The notes under the pieces: model-generated
What the model was told of the DNA's origin: nothing
The model's database searches: none
The model's input: the letters and a program-made list of their open reading frames with translations, nothing else
Position numbers and translations under genes: made by a program
In this document: in pieces, positions 40,603-51,040 of the stretch
Layout: every line of letters begins with the position of its first letter
Position numbering within the stretch: the first letter of the stretch is position 1
NCBI GenBank assembly: GCA_964442795.1
Contig: CAYTZY010000001.1
Location: 98,821 to 162,820, forward strand
Direction of reading: 5' to 3'
DNA length: 64,000 nucleotides
From: an uncultured Caulobacter sp.
GTDB taxonomy: Bacteria > Pseudomonadota > Alphaproteobacteria > Caulobacterales > Caulobacteraceae

Positions 40603-42174
40603 TCAGACCGTCCGGCCCAGGGCCACGTACTGGTCCCGCAGTTCCCGCTTCAGCACCTTGCCGATGTGGCTGCGGGGCAGGACGTCGATCAGGACGACGT
40701 CGGCGAGGCGCTGGGTCTTGCCGACCTGGCCGTTGACGAAGGCCTTGAGGTCCTCGGGCGTCGCGGCGGCGCCGGCCTTCAGCGCCACATAGGCGACCGG
40801 CGTCTCGCCCCAGGCGTCGGACGGGGCGGCGATCACGGCGGCCTCGGCCACGGCCTCGTGCTTCATCAGCACCGCTTCCAGATCACTCGGATAGACGTTG
40901 AAGCCGCCGGTGATGATCATGTCCTTGCGGCGATCCATCAGGGTCAGGAAGCCGTCCTCGTCCAGCCGGCCGACATCGCCGGTCCGGATGTAGAGGTCGC
41001 CGGTCCTGGGGCAGACCCACTGGGCCTCCGACGTCTTGCCCGGCTGGTTGTGGTAGCCGCTCATCGTCGCCGGCGAGCGGCCGATGATCTCGCCGACCTC
41101 GCCGGGACCGACCTCATTGCCGTCCTCGTCGATCAGCTTGATGACCGCGCCGGGGCTGGGCAGCCCGACCGTGTGCAGCTTGTCCGGATAGAGGTGGGCC
41201 TGCAGCATGAAGCCGCCGCCGCCCTCGGTCATGCCGTAGTACTCGGTCAGCCCACCGGGCCAGCGGGTGATCGCCTGCCGCTTCAGCTCGGCCGGGAAAG
41301 GCGCGCTGGTGGCGAACTTCATCACGAAGCTCGACAGGTCATACTTGTCGAAGTCGGGGTGCTCGAGCAGGCGGCGGTACTGCACCGGCACCAGCATGGC
41401 GTGGGTGACGCGGTTGTCCTGCGCCGCCTGCAGCCACTTCAGCACGTCGAACTTGGGCAGCATGACCATGGTGCCGCCCCCGGCCAGGGTCGGGAAGAAG
41501 CAGACCAGGGTGGTGTTCGAATAGAGCGGCGTGGAGATGAAGCCGACCGCGTCGGGGCCATAGCCGATGCCGTCGGCGCGCGGCGCCAGGTGGCGCCAGC
41601 GCATGCCGTGGCTCTGCACGATGCCCTTGGGCGTGCCGGTCGTGCCCGAGCTGTAGATGATGTTGAACGGGTCCTTGCGGCCGATCTGCACCGGCGCGGG
41701 CGCGATGCCCTCGGCCGGCAGCCACTGCGCGAACGGCAGTCCGGCGGCCGAGCCGTCCAGCGCGATCTGCCGGGTGACCACCTCGCCCAGCTTGTCGCCC
41801 ATCTCCGCCGCAACGGAGGCGTCGAGGAAGAACAGGCTGGCGCCGCTGTCGTTGACCATGGCCACGATCTGGTCGGGCGTCGACGAGGGGGCGATCGGCG
41901 CCACCGCAGCCCCGGCCCGAAGGCCGCCCAGGAACAGGGCCGCGTACTCGATGGAGGTCGTGGCGCAGACCGACAGGGCCTGGGTCTGCTTCACACCGTC
42001 CCGCTGCAGGCCGGCGGCGACGCGGTCCATCAGCGCGTCGAGCTCGGCGTAGCTCAGCGACCGGCCGTCCTGGACCAGCGCCGGATGCGTCGGCTTTTCG
42101 CGCGCATACATCCGGATGAGGTCCGGGACGGTCCCGAAGTCCTCGGCGATCATGGCTTCAAGGGTGGGGTTCAC
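40603..42174 (-). CDS. AMP-dependent acyl-CoA synthetase
   Basis: YSSGTTGTPKG, YGMTEG, RTGDVG, RRKDMIITGG, GKVLK. Confidence 0.94.
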   Translation of the reverse strand: MNPTLEAMIAEDFGTVPDLIRMYAREKPTHPALVQDGRSLSYAELDALMDRVAAGLQRDGVKQTQALSVCATTSIEYAALFLGGLRAGAAVAPIAPSSTPDQIVAMVNDSGASLFFLDASVAAEMGDKLGEVVTRQIALDGSAAGLPFAQWLPAEGIAPAPVQIGRKDPFNIIYSSGTTGTPKGIVQSHGMRWRHLAPRADGIGYGPDAVGFISTPLYSNTTLVCFFPTLAGGGTMVMLPKFDVLKWLQAAQDNRVTHAMLVPVQYRRLLEHPDFDKYDLSSFVMKFATSAPFPAELKRQAITRWPGGLTEYYGMTEGGGGFMLQAHLYPDKLHTVGLPSPGAVIKLIDEDGNEVGPGEVGEIIGRSPATMSGYHNQPGKTSEAQWVCPRTGDLYIRTGDVGRLDEDGFLTLMDRRKDMIITGGFNVYPSDLEAVLMKHEAVAEAAVIAAPSDAWGETPVAYVALKAGAAATPEDLKAFVNGQVGKTQRLADVVLIDVLPRSHIGKVLKRELRDQYVALGRTV

Positions 42175-42197
42175 GCTACGTCACTCCGTTGGCGCCT

Positions 42198-42303
42198 TGC
42201 GTCCTTCGACACGCCCCTCCGGGGCTGCTCAGGATGACGTGGTCGGAAGGCTTCCATCCAACGTCATGGTGAGCAGCCGCGAAGCGGCGTGTCGAACGAC
42301 GCA
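42198..42303. repeat. Family B inverted pair
   Basis: Matches 24774-24881. Confidence 0.88.
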
Positions 42304-42311
42304 GTGACCGA

Positions 42312-44378
42312 TTACAGGTCCTTGAAGCCCTTGCCTTCGGCGGCGAGCTTCTCGAGCAGGGCCGACGGCTTGAAGAAGTCGCCGTGCTTGTCCTGGTACT
42401 CCTTCAGCCGCGCCACGATGTGGGCCAGGCCCAGGCTGTCGCCGTAGTGCATCGGGCCGCCGCGGTAGACCGGCCAGCCGTAGCCGTTGATCCACACCGT
42501 ATCGATGTCGCTGGCGCGGATCGCCTTGCCCTCTTCGAGGATCTTCGCGCCCTCGTTGATCATCGGCAGGATGGTGCGCTCGAGGATCTCCTCGTCGCCG
42601 ATCGGGCGGGCGTTGGTGCCCGACTTCGCGGCGAAGTCCTTGATGATCTGCTCGGTGACCGGCGAGGGCTTGGCGTTGCGCTTCTCGTCATAGTCATAGT
42701 AGCCGGCGCCGGTCTTCTGGCCGCGGCGGTCCATTTCGCAGAGCACGTCGCGGATGGTCTCGCCCTTGGAGGTTTCCTTGCTCCAGCCGATGTCGAGGCC
42801 GGCCAGGTCGCTCATCGCGAACGGGCCCATCGGGAAGCCGAAGTCGTAGAGGACGCGATCGACGTCCCAGGGCATCGCACCCTCGGCGACCAGCGCCTGG
42901 GCTTGCCGCTGGCGCGAGGACAGCATGCGGTTGCCGACGAAGCCCGGGCAGACGCCGACCAGGACGCCGACCTTGCCGATGGTCTTGGCCAGTTTCATCG
43001 AGGTGGCGATCACCGGCTTGGACGTGGCGTCGCCGCGCACGATCTCCAGCAGGCGCATGACGTTGGCCGGCGAGAAGAAGTGCAGGCCGATCACGCTCTC
43101 GGGACGGCTCGTGGCCGAGGCGATCTCGTTGACGTCCAGGAAGCTGGTGTTGGAGGCCAGGATGGCGCCGGCCTTGGCGATCTTGTCCAGCTTGCCGAAG
43201 ACGTCCTTCTTGATGTCCATGTTCTCGAACACGGCCTCGATGATCAGGTCGCAGTCGGCCAGGTCCTCGAGGTTCAGCGAGCCGGAGAGCAGGCCCATGC
43301 GGGTCTCGACGGCGTCCATGGTCAGCCGCCCCTTGGCGGCGGTGTTCTCGTAGTTCTTGCGGATGACGCCGAGGCCGCGGTCGAGGGCCTCCTGCTTCAT
43401 CTCGACGACGGTCACCGGGATGCCGGCGTTGAGGAAGTTCATCGAGATGCCGCCGCCCATGGTGCCGGCGCCGATCACGCCGACCTTCTTGACGGGCAGG
43501 ATTTCGGTGTCGTCCGGCACGTCGGGGATCTTGTTGGCGGCGCGCTCGGCGAAGAACACATAGCGCTGGGCGGCCGACTGCGGGCCGGTCATCAGCTCCA
43601 TGAACAGGGTGCGCTCGACCTTCAGGCCTTCCTCGAAGGGCAGGTTGGCGGCCGCCTCGATGCACTGGATGTTCGATTCGGGAGCCTTGAAGCCGCGGAA
43701 CTTGCGGGCGTTGGCCTTGCGGAACTCGGCGAAGACTTCCGGCGTGCCGCCGGCCACCTCGCGGTCGCGGACCTTCTTCAGCGGCCAGTTCTCGGCGACG
43801 ACCTTCTTGGCGAAGGCGATGGCGCCGGCGCGGAGGTTACCCTCCTCGACCAGTTCGTCGACCAGGCCCATGGCGTTGGCGGCCTTGGCCGGCACGTGGC
43901 TGCCGCTGGTCATCATCTCCAGCGCCTTCTGGGCGCCGACAATGCGGGGCAGGCGCTGGGTGCCGCCGGCGCCGGGCAGCAGGCCCAGGTTCACTTCCGG
44001 CAGACCGACCTTGGCCGACGGAACCGCCACGCGGTAGTGGGCGGTCAGCGCCACTTCCAGGCCGCCGCCGAGCGCCGTGCCGTGGATTGCGGCCACGACG
44101 GCCTTGGGCGAGTTCTCCATCATGTTCTGGACGTCGAACAGGCTGGCGCCCTTGGACGCGCCGCCGAACTCGCTGATGTCGGCGCCGGCGATGAAGGTGC
44201 GGCCGTCGCAGATCAGGACGATCGACTTGACGCTGTCGTCGGCGATGGCGGCCTTGAAGCCTTCGTACAGGCCGTCGCGCACATTGGCCGACAGCGCGTT
44301 CACCGGCGGCGAGTTGAGGGTGATGACGGCGACGTCGCCCTCGTTGGTCAGATCGGTGACGGAATTGATTGCGGCCAT
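42312..44378 (-). CDS. Bifunctional enoyl-CoA hydratase / 3-hydroxyacyl-CoA dehydrogenase (PimF/FadB-like)
   Basis: [38 protein letters not shown]; start at MAAINSV. Confidence 0.93.
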   Translation of the reverse strand: MAAINSVTDLTNEGDVAVITLNSPPVNALSANVRDGLYEGFKAAIADDSVKSIVLICDGRTFIAGADISEFGGASKGASLFDVQNMMENSPKAVVAAIHGTALGGGLEVALTAHYRVAVPSAKVGLPEVNLGLLPGAGGTQRLPRIVGAQKALEMMTSGSHVPAKAANAMGLVDELVEEGNLRAGAIAFAKKVVAENWPLKKVRDREVAGGTPEVFAEFRKANARKFRGFKAPESNIQCIEAAANLPFEEGLKVERTLFMELMTGPQSAAQRYVFFAERAANKIPDVPDDTEILPVKKVGVIGAGTMGGGISMNFLNAGIPVTVVEMKQEALDRGLGVIRKNYENTAAKGRLTMDAVETRMGLLSGSLNLEDLADCDLIIEAVFENMDIKKDVFGKLDKIAKAGAILASNTSFLDVNEIASATSRPESVIGLHFFSPANVMRLLEIVRGDATSKPVIATSMKLAKTIGKVGVLVGVCPGFVGNRMLSSRQRQAQALVAEGAMPWDVDRVLYDFGFPMGPFAMSDLAGLDIGWSKETSKGETIRDVLCEMDRRGQKTGAGYYDYDEKRNAKPSPVTEQIIKDFAAKSGTNARPIGDEEILERTILPMINEGAKILEEGKAIRASDIDTVWINGYGWPVYRGGPMHYGDSLGLAHIVARLKEYQDKHGDFFKPSALLEKLAAEGKGFKDL

Positions 44379-44401
44379 GGCGCGTCGCCCCTTATGTTCG
44401 T

Positions 44402-44417
44402 TGAAACACTTGTTTGA
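44402..44417. promoter_or_regulatory. Putative operator between divergent beta-oxidation genes
   Basis: Imperfect palindrome TGAAACA-CT-TGTTTGA. Confidence 0.4.
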
Positions 44418-44474
44418 GCGCAAACTGCCGAGCCAGACCGCCAGAGTCCAGTACGCAGCCATGGGAGATGCACG

Positions 44475-45677
44475 ATGGACCTCGATTTTCTGCCTGAGCA
44501 CGCCGAGTTCCGTAAGGAAGTCCGCGACTGGATCGAGGCCAACTTCCCGGCCGAGAACCGCCGGAAGATGGACGCCGGCGAGCATCTGACCAAGGAGGAC
44601 ATCCTCTCCTGGCACCGGATTCTCAACAACAAGGGCTGGCTGGTCCCGTCCTGGCCGGTCGAGTACGGCGGCACCGGCTGGGATTCGGTGCGCAAGTACA
44701 TCTTCTCCGAGGAGCTGGCCCGGGCGCAGACCAGCCAGACCAGCTTCGGCATCGGGATGATCGGGCCGGTGCTCTACACCTTCGGCACGCCCGAGCAGAA
44801 GGCCAAGTTCCTGCCCGGGACCATGAACGGCGACATCTGGTGGTGCCAGGGCTACTCCGAGCCTGGCGCCGGTTCCGACCTCGCCGGCCTGTCGACCCGC
44901 GCCGAGCGCATCAAGGGCGATGATGGGAAGGAATACTACGTCGTCAACGGCCAGAAGACCTGGACCACCCAGGGCCACTTCGCCGACTGGGGCTTCTTCC
45001 TGGTCCGCACCGACCCGACGGCCAAGAAGCAGGAGGGCATCTCCTTCCTGCTGATCGACATGACGACGCCCGGCATCACCGTGCGCCCGATCATCACCAT
45101 CGAGGGCGGCCACGAGGTCAACGACGTCTTCCTCGACAATGTGAAGGTCCCCGTCGAGAACCTGATCGGCCAGGAGAACAAGGGCTGGACGGTCGCCAAG
45201 TACCTGCTCGGCCACGAGCGCACCGGCATCGCCGGCGTCGCCCGCTCCAAGCGCGGCATCGAGAAGCTGCGCGAGATCGCGGCGTCCGAGCCCGGCGACG
45301 ACGCCCAGGCGCTGATGAAGGACGCCGACTTCCGCCGCAAGATCGCCGAGCTGGAGATCGACCTGGCCGCGCTCGAGTACACCGAGCTGCGCACCCTGGC
45401 CGGCGAGGCGTCTGGCAAGGGCCCCGGCCCGGAAGCGTCGCTGCTCAAGGTGAAGGGCACCGAGGTCGGCCAGCGTCTGACCGAACTGACCCTGGAGGCC
45501 GCCGCCCACTACGGCGCGCCCCACGCCAAGGGCCTGTCCGGCGACAACAGCCTGTCGATCCCCAGCTGGGCCGCCAAGTCGGCGCCGACCTACTTCAACA
45601 TGCGCAAGACCTCGATCTTCGGCGGCTCCAACGAGATCCAGCGCAACATCATGGCCAAGGCCGTCCTGGGGCTGTGA
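44475..45677 (+). CDS. Acyl-CoA dehydrogenase, PimC-like
   Basis: WWCQGYSEPGAGSDLA, NGQKTWTT, IFGGSNEIQRNI. Confidence 0.93.
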   Translation: MDLDFLPEHAEFRKEVRDWIEANFPAENRRKMDAGEHLTKEDILSWHRILNNKGWLVPSWPVEYGGTGWDSVRKYIFSEELARAQTSQTSFGIGMIGPVLYTFGTPEQKAKFLPGTMNGDIWWCQGYSEPGAGSDLAGLSTRAERIKGDDGKEYYVVNGQKTWTTQGHFADWGFFLVRTDPTAKKQEGISFLLIDMTTPGITVRPIITIEGGHEVNDVFLDNVKVPVENLIGQENKGWTVAKYLLGHERTGIAGVARSKRGIEKLREIAASEPGDDAQALMKDADFRRKIAELEIDLAALEYTELRTLAGEASGKGPGPEASLLKVKGTEVGQRLTELTLEAAAHYGAPHAKGLSGDNSLSIPSWAAKSAPTYFNMRKTSIFGGSNEIQRNIMAKAVLGL

Positions 45678-45688
45678 GGCGCCCAGCC

Positions 45689-45958
45689 GGGGGACATGCA
45701 CTTCAGTGCGTGTCCCCTGCAGCTTTCGAAGCTGACGGGGACACGTACCGAAGGCGGTACATGTCCCCGGCATACGCCCCTTCCTTCCACGTCATCCTGA
45801 TCGGCGCCGCAGGCGCGTGTCGAAGGACGCAGTGAGGCCGCGCGTCCTTCGACACGTCCACTTCGTGGACTGCTCAGGATGACGTGAAAGGGGTCAGTCG
45901 TGGAGTCGGGAGTCGGGGACAGGTTAAGGTGTCCCAAGGGACATCTTAACCTGTCCCC
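45689..45958. repeat. Mosaic repeat block: E pair (45689-45768), B pair (45790-45884) and C (45915-45958)
   Basis: Direct matches to the other copies in the window. Confidence 0.92.
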
Positions 45959-45973
45959 GATGCCGATGCTGCC

Positions 45974-46597
45974 TCAGCCCAACAGGCCCTTGAACCAGGC
46001 GCCGATCGCCGCGAAGACTCCGCCCAACCACGCGAGGAAACCGCCGCCCGTCTTCGCCGGCGCCTCCGGCACGAACCAGCTCGGCGCGGCGGGCGGGGCG
46101 CAGTTCTTCTGCATGCCGGCGCCCTTCAGATAGGCGCGGCGCAGCTTGCCGGCGGTGATGGCGGCGGCCACCCGCTTGTCGCGGCGCTCGGCGCCCGACA
46201 GCTTGCGCACCCAGCCCCGGAAGGGAATGACGCTGCGGGTCTCGTCCTCCACCGCGCCGACCACGGCGTCGCCGGCCGCCTGCTTGAGCTTCTGGCCCCG
46301 GGTCCGCGAGTCGGGCGGCGGCGGCTCGTCGAGGTCCGGTCCCAGCGCCGCGTCCAGCCGGCCGACCTCGGCGGCGATCGGCTCGCAGCGCGTCAGGCCG
46401 TCCATGGCGTAGGGGCTGGAGACCGCGCGCTTCAACACGTCGGGAATGTCGACGTGCTTGAGGTTCAGGTCGTCGAGCGGGGCGGTGACGGCGTCGCGCA
46501 GGTTCGGCCGCGTCTGGGTCGAACCCCGGTCCTGCGCCAGGGCGGGCCCGGCGGCGAGGAGGCTGAGAACGGCGACGGTCAGGCTCAGGCGGTGCAT
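45974..46597 (-). CDS. Conserved-type secreted hypothetical protein
   Basis: Signal peptide ALA; PLDDLNL...LDAALGPDLD...IPFRGWVRKLSGA...RRAYLKG...C. Confidence 0.75.
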   Translation of the reverse strand: MHRLSLTVAVLSLLAAGPALAQDRGSTQTRPNLRDAVTAPLDDLNLKHVDIPDVLKRAVSSPYAMDGLTRCEPIAAEVGRLDAALGPDLDEPPPPDSRTRGQKLKQAAGDAVVGAVEDETRSVIPFRGWVRKLSGAERRDKRVAAAITAGKLRRAYLKGAGMQKNCAPPAAPSWFVPEAPAKTGGGFLAWLGGVFAAIGAWFKGLLG

Positions 46598-46648
46598 GGG
46601 CCTCCATAGACGATCCAGCCTGTCGGCGGAATTGTGACCCGCGCTGAC

Positions 46649-46725
46649 GGGGACATGCACTTCAGTGCGTGTCCCCCGCCGCTCGAAGCTGCTGGGGACA
46701 CGTACCGAAGACGGTACATGTCCCC
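46649..46725. repeat. Family E pair
   Basis: GGGGACATGCACTTCAGTGCGTGTCCCC ... GGGGACACGTACCGAAGACGGTACATGTCCCC, nearly identical to 45689-45768. Confidence 0.92.
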
Positions 46726-46806
46726 GGTCGTTGCGCCTTCCCCTTCCGCTACGGAACCGCCTACAGTCCGGCCCACAGACCGGGACCACCCGGCATCGGA
46801 GGCACA

Positions 46807-47847
46807 GTGACCACAACAACCCGCCGCTGGGTGCTCGCGCGCCATGTCGAGGGCGCGCCGTCGCCGGAGGATTTCCGGCTCGAGACGCTGCCGCTTCCCG
46901 CGCTCGACGACGGCAAGTTCATCGCCCGGGTGATTCTCAGCTCCGTCGACCCGGGCACCCGCTCGCGCCTGTCGGGCGGCGACAGCTATGCCGGCGCCAT
47001 GAAGATCGGCGAGGGCATCGACGGCTTCTGCGTGGCGCAGGTGGTCGAGAGCAAAAACCCCAACTACGCCGCCGGCGACCTGATCGCGGCCGGCGGCGGC
47101 TGGCGCGAGCACTTCGTCTCCGACGGCCGGGGCTTCATCCAGAAGATCACCGACCGCCGCGTACCGCTGGGCTGCTGGATCGGCATCCTCGGCGTGCCCG
47201 GCCTCACCGCCTGGTTCGGCATGCACCGGGTGGGACAGGCGAAGGAAGGCGAGACCCTGCTGGTCACCTCCGCCGCCGGTCCGGTCGGGGCCACGGCCGG
47301 ACAGATCGGCAAGAAGCTGGGCATGCGCGTCGTCGGCATCGCCGGCGGGCCGAAGAAGTGCGCCTGGCTGAGGGATGAGGCCGGGTTCGACGCGGTCATC
47401 GACTACAAGGCCGAGCCCGACCTCACCGCCGCGATCAGGGCGGCTTGCCCCGAGGGCGTCGACGTCCTGTTCGACAATGTCGGCAACGCGATGGTCGACC
47501 GCGTCCTGCCGCTGATGAAGCTGCGCGGCCGGGTCGTCGTGTCGGGCCAGGTGGCCGACTACAATCTGCCGGTCGAGCAGCGCCATGGCCTGAAGCACAC
47601 CGACGTCTTCATCACCCACCGCGTCCGCATGGAGGGGCTGGTGGTGTTCGACGACATCCGCCAGTTCGCCGCCGCCCAGAGTCAAATGGCCGACTGGATC
47701 GCCGACGGCTCGCTGAAGTTCGCCATCGAGGAGTTCGACGGCCTCGAGTCCGCCGCTTCAGCCTTCTGCGGCCTGTTCCGTGGCGAGAACTTCGGCCGCC
47801 GGCTGGTCCGCGTCAGCGAGGATCCGTCTTGGGAGGATCCCGCCTGA
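46807..47847 (+). CDS. NADP-dependent oxidoreductase (prostaglandin reductase/CurA-like)
   Basis: SVDP..R, LGVPGLTAWFG, SAAGPVG, FDNVG; GTG start after GGAGG. Confidence 0.9.
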   Translation: MTTTTRRWVLARHVEGAPSPEDFRLETLPLPALDDGKFIARVILSSVDPGTRSRLSGGDSYAGAMKIGEGIDGFCVAQVVESKNPNYAAGDLIAAGGGWREHFVSDGRGFIQKITDRRVPLGCWIGILGVPGLTAWFGMHRVGQAKEGETLLVTSAAGPVGATAGQIGKKLGMRVVGIAGGPKKCAWLRDEAGFDAVIDYKAEPDLTAAIRAACPEGVDVLFDNVGNAMVDRVLPLMKLRGRVVVSGQVADYNLPVEQRHGLKHTDVFITHRVRMEGLVVFDDIRQFAAAQSQMADWIADGSLKFAIEEFDGLESAASAFCGLFRGENFGRRLVRVSEDPSWEDPA

Positions 47848-48638
47848 TGAAGTTCGAGGACTACCAGCGCTTCACCTTCCGCCGCGACGGCCGGATCCTC
47901 GTCTGCAGCTTCAGCGGCAACGCGGTGAACGCCGTCGACGCCCGCATGCACGACGAGCTGGCCGAGCTCTTCGTCGATCTGCAGCATGACGAGGACAGCG
48001 ACCTGATCGTGCTGACCGGCGAGAACCGCGCCTTCTGCGCCGGCGGCGACTTCGACTGGTTCGACGAGCAGATCAACGATCCGCGGAAGTTCCGCGCCAT
48101 CGCCTATGACGCCAAGCGGATCGTCAGCGGCCTGCTGGACCTGGAAAAGCCGATCATCGCCCGGCTGAACGGCGCGGCGGCGGGGCTTGGCGCCACCATC
48201 GCCCTGCTCTGCGACGTCATCATCGCCGACGAAGGCGCGAAGATCGGCGATCCGCATGTGAAGGTCGGGCTGGTGGCCGGCGACGGCGGGGCGATCATCT
48301 GGCCGCAGCTGATCGGCTTCGCCCGGGCCAAGGAACTCTTGATGACCGGCGATCTGCTCTCGGCGACGGAGGCGGCCGGCAGGGGGCTGATCAACTACGC
48401 GGTGCCCACCGACCAGCTCGACGCCAAGGTCGCCGAGATCGCCGGCAAGATCCTCGGCAACCCGCGCTGGGCGGTGCGCTGGACCAAGATGACGGCCAAC
48501 ATCACCCTCAAGCAGATCATGGTCAGCACCAGCGACGCGGCCGTGGCCTATGAGAGCCTCAGCAACATGACCGCCGACCGCAAGGAGGCCGTCGCGGCCT
48601 TCCGCGAGCGCCGGCCGATGAACCTGACGGGGGAGTGA
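47847..48638 (+). CDS. Enoyl-CoA hydratase/isomerase family protein
   Basis: AFCAGGD, NGAAAGLG, DPHVKVGLVAGDGG; TGATG coupling to the upstream gene. Confidence 0.9.
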   Translation: MKFEDYQRFTFRRDGRILVCSFSGNAVNAVDARMHDELAELFVDLQHDEDSDLIVLTGENRAFCAGGDFDWFDEQINDPRKFRAIAYDAKRIVSGLLDLEKPIIARLNGAAAGLGATIALLCDVIIADEGAKIGDPHVKVGLVAGDGGAIIWPQLIGFARAKELLMTGDLLSATEAAGRGLINYAVPTDQLDAKVAEIAGKILGNPRWAVRWTKMTANITLKQIMVSTSDAAVAYESLSNMTADRKEAVAAFRERRPMNLTGE

Positions 48639-48658
48639 TGCACGCCCGCGCCAGTGTC

Positions 48659-48702
48659 GGGGACAGGTTAAGATGTCCCTTGGGACACCTTAACCTGTCC
48701 CC
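48659..48702. repeat. Family C palindrome, opposite orientation
   Basis: GGGGACAGGTTAAGATGTCCC-TT-GGGACACCTTAACCTGTCCCC. Confidence 0.95.
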
Positions 48703-48717
48703 CCGGAAGGGCCCCGC

Positions 48718-49881
48718 ATGAGCCTCCCCGCCGAACCCGACCACGTCACCGAGCTCCGCTCGATCCTGCAGCGGTTCATCGCCGAGAAGGCGCCGCGCGA
48801 GAAGCGGCGGGAGTGGGATCGCACCCACACCTTCCCGCGTGACCTGTTCAAACAGCTGGCGGACCTCGGTCTCTGCGGCCTCACCGTGCCGGAGGAGTAC
48901 GGCGGCACCGGCCCCGACATCCTGGGCGCCGTGGCCGCCATCGAGGAGCTGTGCCGGGCCGGATCGTTCCTGGCCGGACCCTTCATCCAGTGCGCCTTCT
49001 ACGGCGGCATGAACATCCTCGAGAACGGCTCGGCCGAGCAGAAGGCGGAGCTCCTTCCGAGGCTGGCGAAGGGCGAGCTGATCTTCGCCTACGGCCTCTC
49101 CGAACCTGACGTCGGCGGCGACCTGTCGCAGGTCACGACCCGCGCCCGGAGGGAGGGCGACGAGATCGTCGTCACCGGCGCCAAGCGCTGGTGCACCGGC
49201 GCGGACTTCGCCGACTACATCTACTGCCTCGTCCGCTCGGACCCCGAGGCCCCGGCCCGCAGCGGCCTCAGCTTCCTGCTGATCCCGACCAAGGCCCCGG
49301 GGGTGACCATCACGCCCATCGACCATGTGAACCTGCGCTACACCCTGTCATCCGACGTCCATTTCGACGAGGTCCGCCTGCCGCTGTCGGCCATCGTCGG
49401 CGGGCCGGAGAAGTGGAACAACGGCTGGAAGATGCTGGCCGGCCGGGCGCTGGACATCGAGAAGCTGGAGATCAGCGCCTGCGCCTTCGGCATCGCCCAG
49501 GCGGCGATGGAGGAGGCCTGGGCCTACAGCCAGGAGCGGGTGCAGTTCGGCAAGCCGATCGCCGCCCACCAGGCGGTGCGCCACGCGCTGGTCGACGCCC
49601 GCACGAAGCTGGAGGCCTGCCGGCTGATGCTGTGGAACGCCGCCCGCCTGGCGCACGAGGGCCAGCCCTGCGCGGTCGAGACCAGCATGGCCAAGCTGTT
49701 CATCGCCGAGGCCGGGGTCGAGATCGCCCTGACCTGCCAGCGGGTCATGGGCGCCTACGCCATGTCCGCCGACTACGACATCGAGCGCAACGTGCGCGAC
49801 CTGCTGGGCATGCCGATCGTCGGCGGCTCGTCCAACATGCAGCGCAACAATCTCGCCGCCCTCTGGAAGTTACCCGGATGA
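48718..49881 (+). CDS. Acyl-CoA dehydrogenase
   Basis: PEEYGG, LSEPDVGGD, GAKRW, ERVQFGKPI, SMAKL. Confidence 0.92.
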   Translation: MSLPAEPDHVTELRSILQRFIAEKAPREKRREWDRTHTFPRDLFKQLADLGLCGLTVPEEYGGTGPDILGAVAAIEELCRAGSFLAGPFIQCAFYGGMNILENGSAEQKAELLPRLAKGELIFAYGLSEPDVGGDLSQVTTRARREGDEIVVTGAKRWCTGADFADYIYCLVRSDPEAPARSGLSFLLIPTKAPGVTITPIDHVNLRYTLSSDVHFDEVRLPLSAIVGGPEKWNNGWKMLAGRALDIEKLEISACAFGIAQAAMEEAWAYSQERVQFGKPIAAHQAVRHALVDARTKLEACRLMLWNAARLAHEGQPCAVETSMAKLFIAEAGVEIALTCQRVMGAYAMSADYDIERNVRDLLGMPIVGGSSNMQRNNLAALWKLPG

Positions 49882-51032
49882 CCTACAACGCCGTCGCCGC
49901 CGCCACCTCGCTGGCCCTGGAGGTCGCCCGCCGCGCCAACGAGATCGAGGCCGGCCGTCGCCTGCCGGCCGACCTGGCGCGCAAGTTCGCCGACGCAGGG
50001 CTGTTCCGCATGCTGCTGCCGGCCAGCCTGGACGGCCATGAGACCATCCCGACCGACGTCGCCCAGGCCATCGAGATCATCGCCCAGAACGACGCCTCGG
50101 CCGGCTGGTGCCTGATGATCGGCGCCACCACGGCCTCGATGGCCAACCGCCTCGAGCCCGAGATGGCGCGCGAGGTGTTCGGCGCGCCGGAGGTCATCAC
50201 CGCCGGCGTCTTCGCCCCGATGGGCAAGGCGATCGACGATGTCGACCACTGGCGGGTCACCGGCCGCTGGCAGTGGGGCAGCGGGTCGCAGAACGCCAAC
50301 TGGATCGCCGGCGGCGCCATGATCATGGGTCCGAATGGCCCGATGCTCGACGCCGAGGGCCAGCCGATCCACCGGATGATGATCTTCCGCGCCGACGAGG
50401 TAGAGCTGATCGACACCTGGCGCACCTCGGGCCTCTGCGGCACCGGCAGCCTCGACTTCGCGGTCAAGGACGTCCGCGTGCCCAAGGACCGCTCGGTCGC
50501 CCTGCACAGCGACCGCACGCGGGTCGAGACGCCGCTGGCGAAGTACCCGGTGTTCGGCATGCTGGCGCTGGGCGTCACGGCGGTGGCGCTCGGCAACGCC
50601 CGCGGCGCCCTGCTGACGGCGGGAAACATGGCGCTGCAGAAGAAGCAGCAGGGCTCGCAGCGCACCCTGGCCGAGCGCGGCGTGACCCAGCAGGACTACG
50701 CCCGCGCCGTCGCCGCCCTGTCGGCCGCCCGCGCCCACTACTACGAATGCATCGCGGTGATCTGGACGACGCTGCAGGCCGGGCAGGATCCGACGCTGGA
50801 GCAGCGCGCCCGCCTGCGCCTTGCCTGCGCCCATGCCACCCATGTCTCGGCCGACGCCTGCAAGGTGGCCTACGACATGCTGGGCGGGTCGGCGGTCTAT
50901 CTGGACAACGACCTGCAGCGCCGGTTCCGCGACGCCAACGTCATCACCCACCATGTCATGGTCGCCGCCCCGATCTTCGAACTGGCCGGCCGCGTGCTGC
51001 TCGGCCAGCCCACGAGAGATGCGCTGATCTGA
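49878..51032 (+). CDS. Flavin-dependent monooxygenase oxygenase subunit (HsaA-like)
   Basis: AGLFRMLLP, DASAGW, GRWQWGSG, DTW...GLCGTGS, LQRRFRD...H. Confidence 0.88.
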   Translation: MTYNAVAAATSLALEVARRANEIEAGRRLPADLARKFADAGLFRMLLPASLDGHETIPTDVAQAIEIIAQNDASAGWCLMIGATTASMANRLEPEMAREVFGAPEVITAGVFAPMGKAIDDVDHWRVTGRWQWGSGSQNANWIAGGAMIMGPNGPMLDAEGQPIHRMMIFRADEVELIDTWRTSGLCGTGSLDFAVKDVRVPKDRSVALHSDRTRVETPLAKYPVFGMLALGVTAVALGNARGALLTAGNMALQKKQQGSQRTLAERGVTQQDYARAVAALSAARAHYYECIAVIWTTLQAGQDPTLEQRARLRLACAHATHVSADACKVAYDMLGGSAVYLDNDLQRRFRDANVITHHVMVAAPIFELAGRVLLGQPTRDALI

Positions 51033-51040
51033 GGGGGATC

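Noticed and set aside
44379-45773. 1153-aa fusion ORF 42312-45773
   Set aside because: The extension is the antisense of the acyl-CoA dehydrogenase plus repeats; the real start is 44378.
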